Below, one piece after another: positions 33,680 to 42,990 of a stretch of DNA of 64,000 nt (positions are counted from its first letter, which is position 1; every line of letters starts with the position of its first letter). The notes below the pieces were generated by a model. The model saw only the letters and a program-made list of their open reading frames with translations. It was not told the origin of the DNA and ran no database searches. Position numbers and translations under genes: made by a program. The DNA is taken from positions 7,030 to 71,029 of the forward strand of contig JBLXFD010000018.1 in NCBI GenBank assembly GCA_048262455.1, in the 5' to 3' direction. This stretch comes from Rhodobacter sp. Its GTDB lineage: Bacteria > Pseudomonadota > Alphaproteobacteria > Rhodobacterales > Rhodobacteraceae.

Positions 33680-34212
33680 GGCTCCTCGGTGCGCGAGCCG
33701 GGGATCGGCGCGCCCGCCGCGTTGCGGTGGGTGCCGTCGGGGTCGAGGGTGGCGAGGCCCCAGAAAATCTCCACCCGGTGCCCGTCGGGATCGAGGATGT
33801 AGACCGCCTCGTTCTCGCCCCAGGACCCGTCGCCGCGCGGGTCGTGCCAGGAATGCAGCACCGGGCCCCGCACGATCTCGGCCCCCGCCGCGCGCACCCG
33901 GTCCAGCACGGTGTGAAAGTCCGCCTCGCTGTCACATTCCAGCGCGAAGTGGTGGAACGAGGGCGGCCCGTCCAGGTCGTCCTCGGGCCGCACCGGGCGG
34001 CGGCGGTAGGTCTTGGCGGGGTTGTGCACCAGCACCAACTCGTGGTGCCGGTCGCCCAGCCGCAGGAAGGTCAGCTCCACCGGGATCGCCGGCACCTCGT
34101 TGGCCGCGTGCCGCTCTGTCAGCTTGAAGCCCAGCACCTCGCGGTAGAAGGCGATGGACCGGTCGGTGTCGCTGACCTCCACCGAGAAGTGCTGCATCCG
34201 CGCGATCGCCAT
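33676..34212 (-). CDS. VOC-family (glyoxalase/extradiol-dioxygenase fold) protein
   Basis: Motifs MQHFSVEVSDTDRSIAFYREVLGF, HHFALE and EIFW. ATG 34212 follows GGAGGAGAGG. Confidence 0.6.
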   Translation of the reverse strand: MAIARMQHFSVEVSDTDRSIAFYREVLGFKLTERHAANEVPAIPVELTFLRLGDRHHELVLVHNPAKTYRRRPVRPEDDLDGPPSFHHFALECDSEADFHTVLDRVRAAGAEIVRGPVLHSWHDPRGDGSWGENEAVYILDPDGHRVEIFWGLATLDPDGTHRNAAGAPIPGSRTEEP

Positions 34213-34284
34213 CGCCCTCTCCTCCGCCCGCATGATCTTCTGGAAGATCATGCCCCCCGGCATAATCTTCCGGAAGATTTTGCC

Positions 34285-35022
34285 TCAGTACGTCGCCCGC
34301 CCCCCCGACAGGTCGAAGACCGCGCCGGTGGTGAACCCGTTGTCGCGGCTGGCCACGAAGGCGATCATCTTCGCCGCCTCGTCCACCTCGAGGAACCGGC
34401 CTCGGGGGATCTTGGACAGCATGAACTCGATGAACTTCGGCTCCATCTGGTCGAAGATCCGGGTGCGCGCCGCCGCCGGGGTGACGCAGTTGACGGAGAT
34501 GTCCTGCTCCGCCAGCTCCTTGCCCAGCGACTTGGTGAAGCCGATCACCCCCGCCTTCGAGGCGGAATAGGCCGAGGCATTGGGATTGCCCTCCTTGCCG
34601 GCGATCGAGGCGATGTTGACGATGCGCCCGTAGCCCTGCCGCTGCATCGCCGGCACCACGGCGCGGTTGGTGAAGAAGGTGCCGTTCAGGTTGATGTTCA
34701 CGATCCGCTGGAATTCCTCCACCGGGTAGTCGGCGACCGGCGCGTTCAGCCCGGCGATGCCGGCGGAATTGACCAGCACGTCGATCCGCCCCGCCGCCTC
34801 CAGCGTGGCGGTGGCGGCGGCCTCGACGCTGGACCAGTCGCCCACGTCCACCTGCTGCACCAGCGTCTCGCCGCCCAGCGCCTCGGCGGTCTGCCGCGAC
34901 AGCGCCTCGTCCATGTCCCAGATCACGATCCGCGCCCCGGCCTCGCGCAGCGCCTCTGCCACCGCGCGGCCGATGCCCTGCGCACCGCCGGTGATTACGG
35001 CCACCTGTCCGCTGAAATCCAT
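34285..35022 (-). CDS. Short-chain dehydrogenase/reductase (FabG-like)
   Basis: Motifs [12 protein letters not shown] and YSASKAG. ATG 35022 follows AGGAGA. Confidence 0.85.
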   Translation of the reverse strand: MDFSGQVAVITGGAQGIGRAVAEALREAGARIVIWDMDEALSRQTAEALGGETLVQQVDVGDWSSVEAAATATLEAAGRIDVLVNSAGIAGLNAPVADYPVEEFQRIVNINLNGTFFTNRAVVPAMQRQGYGRIVNIASIAGKEGNPNASAYSASKAGVIGFTKSLGKELAEQDISVNCVTPAAARTRIFDQMEPKFIEFMLSKIPRGRFLEVDEAAKMIAFVASRDNGFTTGAVFDLSGGRATY

Positions 35023-35144
35023 TGCTGTGTCTCCTGTATGCGGCGCGACTTTCCGTTTGCCGCGCCCGATGGTCAAGCCGAATGCGCCGGGTTGATCCCG
35101 ACCCGGCGCTCTGCCAGACACGCGCCCATCAACGGGAGAGACCC

Positions 35145-36047
35145 ATGGGCGCCGAGATCATCGACGGAAAAGCCTTCGCTGCGCGGCTGCGCGAAAAGGT
35201 GGCGGAACACGTGGCCGGACTGCAGCAGGCGCATGGCCTGACCCCCGGGCTGGCGGTGGTGCTGGTGGGCGCGGACCCGGCAAGCGAGGTCTACGTGCGC
35301 TCCAAGCACAAGGCGACGGTCGAGGCGGGAATGGCATCCTTTGAACATCGGCTGGCGGAGGATACCCCCGAGGCGGACCTGCTGGCGCTGATCGACCGCT
35401 TGAACAAAGACGACAAGGTCCACGGTATTCTCGTGCAATTGCCCCTGCCGGACCAGATCGATTCCGACAATGTGCTGGCGGCGATCGACCCGGCGAAGGA
35501 CGTGGATGGCTTTCACATTTCCAACGTCGGCCTGCTAGGAACCGGGCAGAAGGCCATGGTCCCCTGCACCCCTCTTGGCAGCCTAATGCTGCTGCGCGAC
35601 CGGCTGGGCAACCTCTCGGGGCTGGAGGCGGTGGTGATCGGCAGGTCCAACATCGTAGGCAAGCCGATGGCGCAGCTGCTGCTGGGCGACAGCTGCACCG
35701 TCACCCTCGCCCACTCGCGCACCCGCGACCTGCCGGAGGTGGTGCGCCGCGCCGACATCGTGGTGGCGGCAGTGGGCCGGCCCGGGATGGTCAAGGGCGA
35801 CTGGCTGAAGCCCGGCGCCACCGTGATCGACGTGGGCATCAACCGCATCGACGCCCCCGAGCGCGGCGCGGGCAAGACCCGGCTGGTGGGGGACGTGGAC
35901 TTCGTCGCGGCCCGCGAGGTCGCCGGCGCCATCACCCCGGTGCCGGGCGGCGTCGGCCCCATGACCATCGCCTGCCTGCTGGCCAATACCGTCACCGCCT
36001 GCTGCCGCGCCAACGGGGTGGCGGAACCCGAGGGGCTGACCGCCTGA
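35145..36047 (+). CDS. folD: Bifunctional methylenetetrahydrofolate dehydrogenase/cyclohydrolase
   Basis: Motifs [32 protein letters not shown] and [14 protein letters not shown] 35145 follows GGGAGAG. Confidence 0.95.
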   Translation: MGAEIIDGKAFAARLREKVAEHVAGLQQAHGLTPGLAVVLVGADPASEVYVRSKHKATVEAGMASFEHRLAEDTPEADLLALIDRLNKDDKVHGILVQLPLPDQIDSDNVLAAIDPAKDVDGFHISNVGLLGTGQKAMVPCTPLGSLMLLRDRLGNLSGLEAVVIGRSNIVGKPMAQLLLGDSCTVTLAHSRTRDLPEVVRRADIVVAAVGRPGMVKGDWLKPGATVIDVGINRIDAPERGAGKTRLVGDVDFVAAREVAGAITPVPGGVGPMTIACLLANTVTACCRANGVAEPEGLTA

Positions 36048-36050
36048 GCC

Positions 36051-37412
36051 TCAGCCCCGCTCGAACCCCCGCGCCACCTCCCAGTCGGTGACGCGGCGGT
36101 CGTACTGCCGCACCTCCCACTCGGCGGCGTGGACGTAGTGCTCCAGCACCTCGTCCCCCAGCGCCGCGCGCAGCATCTCCGACCCCTTGGCCAGCTCCGC
36201 CGCCGCGCGCAGGGTGCCGGGGATCCGCCGCGCCTCCTCCGAGCCATAGGCGTCGCCGGTGAACTCCGGCTCCAGCTCCAGACCCGCCTCGATCCCCGCC
36301 AGCCCCGCGGCCAACTGCACGGCGAAGGCCATGTAGGGGTTCAGGTCCGCGCCGCCGATCCGGTTCTCGATGCGGATCCCCTTGCCCCCCTCGCCGACCA
36401 ACCGGAAGCCCGCGGTGCGGTTGTCGCGCGACCAGACGGCGCGGGTCGGCGCGAAGGTGCCGGCCACGAAGCGCTTGTAACTGTTGATGTTCGGCGCCAG
36501 GAACAGCGCCATCTCCGGCGCGTGGGTCAGCAGCCCGGCGACGTAGCCGCGCATGGTCTCCGACATCCCGTAGGTGCCAGACTCGTCGAGGAACGCCGGC
36601 GCCCCGTCCCGCCACAGCGACTGGTGCACGTGGCAGGAGGACCCGGCGGGCGCATCAGCATATTTCGCCATGAAGGTCACCGACTGACCGGCGGCAAAGG
36701 CCACCTCCTTGGTGGCCTGCTTGGTGATGGCGTGGTTGTCCGCCGCCTCCAGCGCGCCGGCGTAGCGCACGTTGATCTCCTCCTGCCCCGCCCAGGCCTC
36801 GCCCTTGGAACACTCCACCGGGATCCCGGCGCCGTACAGCACGTTGCGCAGCCGCCGCATCACCGCCTCCTCCTTGGCGGTCTGGAACAGGTGGTAATCC
36901 TCGTTATAGGCGCTGACCGGCGACAGATCGCGATACCCGGCGGCCGCCGCCGCCTCGAAACTGTCGCGGAACAGGTAGAACTCCAGCTCCGAGGCCATCA
37001 CCGGCTCCAGCCCCCGCTCCGCCAGCCGCGCCAGCTGCCGCTTCAGCACCTGCCGGGGCGAGACCGCCACCGGCTCGCCGTGATGGTCCAGCAGGTCGCA
37101 CAGCACCAGCGCGGCGCCCTCCTGCCAGGGGATGCGCCGCAGCGTCGACAGGTCCGGCTTCATCACGTAGTCGCCGTACCCCTGCTGCCACGAGGCCGAG
37201 CGGTAGCCGGGCACCGGCTCCATCTCCATGTCCACGGTCAGCAGGTAATTACACGAATGGGTCTCCTCCACCGCGCTGTCCAGGAAGTGGCGCACGTGGA
37301 ACCGCTTGCCCATCAGCCGCCCCTGCATGTCCACCTGCGCCATCAGCACGGTGTCGATCTCGCCCGAAGTCGCCGCCTTCTCCAGCGCCTCCAGCGTCAG
37401 GTTTCCTGCCAT
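36051..37412 (-). CDS. Glutamine synthetase-family protein (gamma-glutamyl-amine synthetase-like)
   Basis: 453 aa with the GS catalytic-domain pattern (ELEFYLF, SCHVHQSLW, NSYKR and similar). Convergent with folD, 3 nt apart. Confidence 0.85.
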   Translation of the reverse strand: MAGNLTLEALEKAATSGEIDTVLMAQVDMQGRLMGKRFHVRHFLDSAVEETHSCNYLLTVDMEMEPVPGYRSASWQQGYGDYVMKPDLSTLRRIPWQEGAALVLCDLLDHHGEPVAVSPRQVLKRQLARLAERGLEPVMASELEFYLFRDSFEAAAAAGYRDLSPVSAYNEDYHLFQTAKEEAVMRRLRNVLYGAGIPVECSKGEAWAGQEEINVRYAGALEAADNHAITKQATKEVAFAAGQSVTFMAKYADAPAGSSCHVHQSLWRDGAPAFLDESGTYGMSETMRGYVAGLLTHAPEMALFLAPNINSYKRFVAGTFAPTRAVWSRDNRTAGFRLVGEGGKGIRIENRIGGADLNPYMAFAVQLAAGLAGIEAGLELEPEFTGDAYGSEEARRIPGTLRAAAELAKGSEMLRAALGDEVLEHYVHAAEWEVRQYDRRVTDWEVARGFERG

Positions 37413-37616
37413 CCGTCCCTCTCCCGTCCTGCCGCGGCTTCTGCCCCGGCCCGATCAAGCCCCGCCCCCGCGCGGCTTGTCAAACCTTTCCCGAGGCCAC
37501 CCCAAGGGCGCCCCTGCTGCAAATCTCTGGTTTCGAAATATCCCGGGGAGCGCGAGGGGCAGAGCCCCTCGCCCCGGTCGGATCGCCGAAGACGATCCGA
37601 TCCAACACCCAATCCC

Positions 37617-38507
37617 TCACCAGCCGAACCGCGCCAGCACCCCCCGGTGGTCCGAACCCAGCACCGGCCGTGGTTCGGCGCTGCCCGCGCTGCCCGCCGG
37701 CCCGTAGACATGGTCGATCGGCAGCGGCATCAGTGGCTCCAGCGGCGGGTAGGAGGGCAGCGCGCGGCCGATCCGCACGGTGCCGGTGACCTGCGCCAGG
37801 TGCGCGGGCGCGGTGCCCCAGGGCACCATGTTGAAATCTCCCCCCATCACCGCCGGCCCCTCGACCACATCCAGCAGGCGGCCCACCCGCTTTTCCACCT
37901 GGCTGCGCTGGCTGCCCTCGGGCCAGGGCCAGGTCAGGTGCAGCGACACCGCCCAGAGGGGCCCGTCCGGGGTGTCCAGCTGCAGCGCCAGAACGCTGCC
38001 GGCACCGGGGCGGCAGGTGCGGGTGCCGGGGATCTCGGGCCAGCGCGCGGCGATGGCGACGCCGCCCACGTCGGAGTTGCCGCAATGCGCCTGGGTGGGC
38101 AACATCGCCTTCAGCCCTTCCAGCACCGCCATGTTCGGCTTCGTCACCTCCTGCAGCGTCACCACGTCGGGCCGGGACTCGAGGATGTCGGCGATCACCG
38201 GCGCCGGGTCGGCCAGGCGGAACGACAGGTTCTTCTGGTAGAGCACCACCCGAGGCTCCGCCGGCGCCGCCTGCGGCCGGGCATAGGCCCAGATCACCGG
38301 CGCCGCGCCCAGCAGCGCCAGCGGCAGCAGCAGCCAGCCCCGCCGCGCGCCCGCCAGCCCCAGCGCCGCGCCGGCCAGCAACAGGCCCAGCGCGATCTGC
38401 CAGCGCACCACCGCCAGGGAATCTCCCACCCCGTGCAGCGCGCCGCCGTAGCTGCCCGCCAGCAGCAGCGCCAGGAGGGCCGCGACCGCCCAGAGCGCCC
38501 CGCGCAT
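37617..38507 (-). CDS. Endonuclease/exonuclease/phosphatase (EEP) family protein with N-terminal membrane region
   Basis: Motifs VVTLQEV, GGDFNMVPW and GSDHRGV. ATG 38507 overlaps the upstream stop by 1 nt (TGATG). Hydrophobic N-terminus. Confidence 0.7.
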   Translation of the reverse strand: MRGALWAVAALLALLLAGSYGGALHGVGDSLAVVRWQIALGLLLAGAALGLAGARRGWLLLPLALLGAAPVIWAYARPQAAPAEPRVVLYQKNLSFRLADPAPVIADILESRPDVVTLQEVTKPNMAVLEGLKAMLPTQAHCGNSDVGGVAIAARWPEIPGTRTCRPGAGSVLALQLDTPDGPLWAVSLHLTWPWPEGSQRSQVEKRVGRLLDVVEGPAVMGGDFNMVPWGTAPAHLAQVTGTVRIGRALPSYPPLEPLMPLPIDHVYGPAGSAGSAEPRPVLGSDHRGVLARFGW

Positions 38508-39577
38508 CAGGCGAAGCGGCCCAGGCGGTAGGGGGCGAGCGCCGGGGCGCTCTCTCCCGACATCTCCGCCGCGATCGCCTCGCCCATCAGCGCGGCGAGG
38601 GTCACGCCGGAGTGCATGACGGCGAGGTACAGCCCCTCCGGCCCCACCGGCCCCACCGCCGGCAGCCCGTCCCCGGGCATCGGCCGCCATGCCACGGTGC
38701 ACTCCTCCCAGCGCAGGTCGCAATTCGGAAGGAACCGCCGCAGCCGTTCCAGCGCCTGTTCCGCCAGCGCCTCGGGCGAGACCTCCAGCCGCGCCGTCTC
38801 GTCCCCCTGGTGGTTCGGCGAGGTCGGGGCGACGATGCGGCCCTCGGCGTCCTGCCGGATCTCCAGCCCCGGCGGCACCAGGATCTTCGGCAGGCAGGGC
38901 GGCTGCGGGTTGGTGCGCATCATCACCGCCGGGCGCGGCAGCAGCGGCACCGGCGCGCCGAAGGGCGCGGTCAGCGCGGGCCCGCCGCTGCCCGCGGCCA
39001 CCAGCACGTGGTCCGCCTCCAGCACTCCGCCCTCCACCCGCGCCCCGGCGATGCGGTCGCCGCGGGTTTCCAGCCCCAGCACCGGGCAGCCGGCGAGCAC
39101 CCGGGCGCCGTGGTCCTTCGCCGCCGCCAGCAGCGCGCGCACCACCGGGGTGCCCTCGGCCACGCCCTCCGCCGGGAAGTGCAGCGCCGCCTCCGGCGCG
39201 GCGAGGCTCGGCACCGCCGCCGCCACCTGCGCGCGGTCCCAGCGCTCCACCGGGTAGCCCAGCGCCTCGAGCCGCGAGGCCTTGTCGTCAAGCGCCGTGC
39301 CCCCGGCCTCCCACCAAAGGCAGCCGGGCCAGCTGATCGGCAGCCCCGGCACCTCGGCCTCCAGCCGGTGCCAGGCGGCGATCGCCTCCTGCCGCAGGCG
39401 GAAGTGGGTCTCGTCGGCGAAGAAGCTGGCGTTGATCCAGGCGAAGCTGCGGCCCGAGGCGTCCAGCCCGGGATGCGCCGCCTCGACCAGGATGACGGCA
39501 TGGCCGCGCCGGGCCAGCCGGTAGGCGGCGGCGGCACCGATCAGGCCGGCGCCGACGATCAGCGTGCGGGGGGGCAT
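38507..39577 (-). CDS. FAD-dependent oxidoreductase (DAO / D-amino-acid or amine oxidase-like)
   Basis: MPPRTLIVGAGLIGAAAAYRLARRGHAVILVE dinucleotide fold. The track ORF extension to 39946 reads through repeat array D. Confidence 0.8.
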   Translation of the reverse strand: MPPRTLIVGAGLIGAAAAYRLARRGHAVILVEAAHPGLDASGRSFAWINASFFADETHFRLRQEAIAAWHRLEAEVPGLPISWPGCLWWEAGGTALDDKASRLEALGYPVERWDRAQVAAAVPSLAAPEAALHFPAEGVAEGTPVVRALLAAAKDHGARVLAGCPVLGLETRGDRIAGARVEGGVLEADHVLVAAGSGGPALTAPFGAPVPLLPRPAVMMRTNPQPPCLPKILVPPGLEIRQDAEGRIVAPTSPNHQGDETARLEVSPEALAEQALERLRRFLPNCDLRWEECTVAWRPMPGDGLPAVGPVGPEGLYLAVMHSGVTLAALMGEAIAAEMSGESAPALAPYRLGRFA

Positions 39578-39680
39578 GACGTCTCCTTCGTTGCGGGTCC
39601 GGCGCAGACGATCAGATAGGGGGGGCGGCGGCAAGGGTTGGATGCGGTCCCGGCCCGGAAGCAGGCGCAGGGAGCATGAG

Positions 39681-39955
39681 CACCCGGCCCGGAACAAGGC
39701 ACGCAGTGCCGCCGGGCCAGCGCCCGTCCGTCCCCCGGGCGGGCGCTTCGTTGACGTTGGCGCGGGGGTGGAGCGGGAGCGTGCCGGCGAAATAAAGTGG
39801 CGACCACCAGTGTCAGGGCGCCCACCCACGAACGGGCGCTGTCCCTCTGTCGTGACAAGAGTACCCGGCCCGGAACAAGGCACGTAGTGCCGCCGGGCCA
39901 GCGCCCGTCCGTCCCCCGGGCGGGCGCTGGCCCTCTGTTGTGGCAAGAGTACCCG
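39681..39955. repeat. Repeat array D: diverged sister family (two ~67-nt palindrome-containing units plus repeated flank ccctctgtYgtgRcaagagtacccg)
   Basis: Units at 39681-39747 and 39864-39928 share CCCGGCCCGGAACAAGGCACG(C/T)AGTGCCGCCGGGCCAGCGCCCGTCCGTCCCCCGGGCGGGCGCT. The flank repeat occurs at 39839-39867 and 39927-39955. Confidence 0.8.
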
Positions 39956-39986
39956 CGCCGAAGGACGGGCGCCGGCTTTATGTAGT

Positions 39987-40916
39987 TCAGGCGCGGTTCT
40001 TGTAGATGTCCACCAGCTTGCCCAGCATCTCCAGCGCCTCGCCCCGTTCCCGCTGGAACGAGTTGCGCCCGATGATCGAGCCGTTGCCGCCGCCGTCGCG
40101 GATCGCGCGGGCGTCGTCGTAGACCGAGTCCGCCCCCTTCTTCGAGCCGCCCGAGAAGACGATCAGCCGGCGCCCGTTCAGGGCCGCCTTCACGCAGTCG
40201 GTCACCCGCGCCGCCTGGGTCGAGACGTCGATCTGCTGCTCCTCGTAGACCTTCTTTGCCTCCTTCAGCATCAGGTGGTCGGTGCTCAGCTTCACCTTGA
40301 TGATGTGCGCGCCCAGCAGCGCCGCCATGTGGGCGGCGTAGGCGGCGACGTCCACGGCGGTCTCACCGTCCTTGGTGATCGCCTCGCCGCGCGGGTAGGA
40401 CCAGATCACCGTGGCGATGCCGACCGAGGCGGCCTCGCGGCGCATCTCGACGATCTCCTCCATCATGTCCAGCGCGCTGTCCGAGCCGGGGTAGATGGTG
40501 AAGCCGATGGCCGAACAGCCCAGCCGCAGCGCGTCGTCGACGCTGGCGGTCACCGCCTGGTTCTTGCCGGCGGTGTCGGACATCAGCGAGTTGGCGGAGT
40601 TCACCTTGAGGATCGTCGGGATCTGGCCCGCGAAGGTATCGGCCCCGGCCTCCAGCGGCCCCAGCGGCGCGGCGTAGGCGGTCAGGCCGGCGTCGATGGC
40701 CAGCTGGTAGTGGTAGTGCGGGTCGTAGGAGGGCGGGTTGGGCGCGAAGGACCGGGCGGGCCCGTGCTCGAACCCCTGGTCGACGGGCAGGATGATCATC
40801 TTGCCGGTGCCGCCCAGCTTGCCGTGCATCAGCATCTGGCAAAGCTTGCCCTTCACCCCGGGGTTCTCGCCTTCGTAGTTCGCCAGGATCTTCTTGACTG
40901 TGCCGGTCGCCTTCAT
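39987..40916 (-). CDS. fbaB: Class I fructose-bisphosphate aldolase (FbaB/DhnA family)
   Basis: Motifs ILPVDQGFEHGP and IIKVK (Schiff-base Lys region), with a C-terminal GRNSFQR. ATG 40916 follows GGAGGA. Confidence 0.85.
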   Translation of the reverse strand: MKATGTVKKILANYEGENPGVKGKLCQMLMHGKLGGTGKMIILPVDQGFEHGPARSFAPNPPSYDPHYHYQLAIDAGLTAYAAPLGPLEAGADTFAGQIPTILKVNSANSLMSDTAGKNQAVTASVDDALRLGCSAIGFTIYPGSDSALDMMEEIVEMRREAASVGIATVIWSYPRGEAITKDGETAVDVAAYAAHMAALLGAHIIKVKLSTDHLMLKEAKKVYEEQQIDVSTQAARVTDCVKAALNGRRLIVFSGGSKKGADSVYDDARAIRDGGGNGSIIGRNSFQRERGEALEMLGKLVDIYKNRA

Positions 40917-41079
40917 GGGGGCCTCCTCCGTTGATGAGATTGACTCCCGTTTAGGCCGTCGGCGCGGCAAGGCCAATTGGTGGTTGCGCTAACGCACGGG
41001 ATTTGTGGGTGTTCCTCCCCATCAGCCCCGGCCCGAACAGCGGCGAAGCCGCCGGCCAGGCTCCTGCGCTACTCCTGCG

Positions 41080-41586
41080 TTACTCCTGCCGCTCCTGCAG
41101 CGACGCCAGCAGCGCCTCCTGCCCGCTCAGCCGTAGCTGGATGCGCTCTGCCATCACCTTGGCCTGCGCCGCCGGGGTCACACCGCCGACGCCGATGCGC
41201 CGGCCCATGCGCCACCACAGGCCCGGCTGCCAGGCGCCGGTGCCGGGGGTCTTCAGCCGCACGAGGAAACCGTTCGACGGCTTGAAGGCGAAGGCGCCCT
41301 TGTCCACCCCCACGATGTCGTCGAAGGCGCAAAGCACCCGGCCGTTGCCGTCGCGCAGGCCGGCGTCCGTCAGCTCGAGCCGGGTCTCGGTGGCGCGGCG
41401 GATCTTCTCGCCCATCACCAGCGCGCCGGCGCCCAGCGCCAGCAGGAAGACCCGCAGCGGCAGGCTTTCGGGCGGCCGGGCCAGCGCCAGGTAGAACAGC
41501 AGCGCGCCCAGCACCAGCATCACGGCAACCGCGAACCAGCGGCGCGCCGGCGAGGGCGCGATCACCGCGAGAATCTCGTCGGCCAT
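41080..41586 (-). CDS. Conserved hypothetical membrane protein (two N-terminal TM helices + soluble C-terminal domain)
   Basis: Starts 3 nt after the phaR stop, so it is probably co-transcribed. I recognise no catalytic motif. Confidence 0.5.
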   Translation of the reverse strand: MADEILAVIAPSPARRWFAVAVMLVLGALLFYLALARPPESLPLRVFLLALGAGALVMGEKIRRATETRLELTDAGLRDGNGRVLCAFDDIVGVDKGAFAFKPSNGFLVRLKTPGTGAWQPGLWWRMGRRIGVGGVTPAAQAKVMAERIQLRLSGQEALLASLQERQE

Positions 41587-41589
41587 GGT

Positions 41590-42150
41590 CTAGCGCATCT
41601 TGTTGAGCTTGGCCTGCAACTCTGCGAGCTGGCGCTTGATCTCGTCCAGGTCCTCGCCCTCGCCGCCCGTGCCGCCACCGCCGCCGGGGCGACCCGTGGC
41701 GGGGCCGGTGGTCATCCCGGGCCAGGCGCCGGACATGGCCTTGAGGAAGGCCTGCTGCTGGGCCTTCATCGCCTCCAGCCCCGGCATTCCTGCCATGGGC
41801 GAGGCGAGGTTGCCCAGCATCTTGGACTGCCCGTCGCGCAGCATCTCGAAGGACATCTGCAGGAACTGCGGCACCACCGACTGCACCCCGGTCGCGTAGC
41901 TGCGCACCAGGTCGTTCAGCACGTTGATCGGCAGGACGTTCTCGCCCTGGCTCTCGTGGTCGGCGATGATCTGCAACAGGTACTGGCGGGTCAGGTCGTC
42001 GCCGGTCTTCAGATCGATGATCTGCACCTCGCGCCCCTCGCGGATGAAGCGGGCGATATCCTCCAGCGTGACGTAGTCGCTGGTCTCGGTATTGTAGAGC
42101 CGGCGGCTGGCGTAACGCTTGATCAGCAGCGGAGAATCGGTATCAGCCAA
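41590..42150 (-). CDS. phaR: Polyhydroxyalkanoate synthesis repressor PhaR
   Basis: IKRYASRRLYNTETSDYVTLEDIARFIREGREV.IIDLKTGDDLTRQYLLQII is the hallmark PhaR N-terminus. Confidence 0.9.
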   Translation of the reverse strand: MADTDSPLLIKRYASRRLYNTETSDYVTLEDIARFIREGREVQIIDLKTGDDLTRQYLLQIIADHESQGENVLPINVLNDLVRSYATGVQSVVPQFLQMSFEMLRDGQSKMLGNLASPMAGMPGLEAMKAQQQAFLKAMSGAWPGMTTGPATGRPGGGGGTGGEGEDLDEIKRQLAELQAKLNKMR

Positions 42151-42171
42151 TTCGGTCCCTCCCCGGGCCTT

Positions 42172-42182
42172 TTGCAGTGCAG
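42172..42182. promoter_or_regulatory. PhaR-box-like motif TTGCAGTGCAG upstream of phaR
   Basis: One mismatch to CTGC-N3-GCAG, 22 nt upstream of the phaR ATG. Confidence 0.4.
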
Positions 42183-42206
42183 CGAAAGCCTACGGACTAG
42201 CCGCGC

Positions 42207-42237
42207 AAAAGAAAAGGGCGGGCTTGGCGCCCGCCCC
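42207..42237 (-). terminator. Rho-independent terminator of phaP
   Basis: The minus strand reads GGGCGGGC-gccaa-GCCCGCCC followed by TTTTCTTTT, about 50 nt after the phaP stop. Confidence 0.75.
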
Positions 42238-42288
42238 AGGTGACGCGCCGGCAGGGAGGAGCCGGGCGCGTCGTGTCTTGTCAGTCGA

Positions 42289-42747
42289 TTACTTGGCAGC
42301 GGCGGTGGCCGAGGCCTTCTTGGTCGCGGCGGTGATGTCCGCGGTGGCCTTGCGGGCGGCGGCCGACATGTCCTCGGACATGTCCTTGCCGGCGGCCAGC
42401 ATCAGCTCGACGGTTTCCATCTGCACGCGCTTGGCGACTTCGGCGAAGGCGGCCATGGTCTCTGCCGACATCTCGGCCTGGGCCGAGGCGAAATCGGTCA
42501 GCGACTTGGTGTAGTCGGCCGGATCGTCCTTGGCAGAGGTCATCTGGGCCAGCTTGGACAGGGTGTCCTTGGTCCAGCGGGTCGAGATCTCGGTCGACTT
42601 GTCGGCGGCTTCCAGGGCAACCTTCGACAGCTTGTCGGACAGGGTGGCCTGGGTCTTGAAGGCGTCCTGCATCGCGGTCATGTCGACCGGGAAGGCACCC
42701 ATCATGTCTTTCATCACCTTGGTGTAGTCTTGGGTCTTGGCAGCCAT
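42289..42747 (-). CDS. phaP: Phasin (PHA granule-associated protein)
   Basis: 152-aa Ala/Lys/Asp-rich helical protein next to phaC and phaR. ATG 42747 follows AAGGAGA. Confidence 0.8.
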   Translation of the reverse strand: MAAKTQDYTKVMKDMMGAFPVDMTAMQDAFKTQATLSDKLSKVALEAADKSTEISTRWTKDTLSKLAQMTSAKDDPADYTKSLTDFASAQAEMSAETMAAFAEVAKRVQMETVELMLAAGKDMSEDMSAAARKATADITAATKKASATAAAK

Positions 42748-42839
42748 GTCATTTCTCCTTCGGGTGATCGGCGGGGACGATCGTTGTTGTTCGATGCGCC
42801 CAATATGCATGCTGCAGTGCGGCATTTCAAGGTTTTATT

Positions 42840-42850
42840 CTGCGGTGCAG
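42840..42850. promoter_or_regulatory. Perfect PhaR-box CTGCGGTGCAG upstream of phaP
   Basis: CTGC-N3-GCAG palindrome in an AT-richer stretch. A second imperfect copy, CTGCAGTGCGG, is at 42812-42822. Confidence 0.5.
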
Positions 42851-42990
42851 CATTTTTTTGAAAGGCGTAACGGCGACAGGCACTTACCCTAGGGCATGCG
42901 GCCGAAAACCCTTGGTTTCATGGGAAACCCAAGCTGCCCCTGCACCGGAAAATCCACGGAATCACCCCAGCCCCGCGCCGCGATACGACT

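Noticed and set aside
36129-38531. 800-aa plus-strand ORF opposite the GS-like and EEP genes
   Set aside because: Low-complexity Arg/Pro/Gly translation opposite well-supported minus-strand genes.
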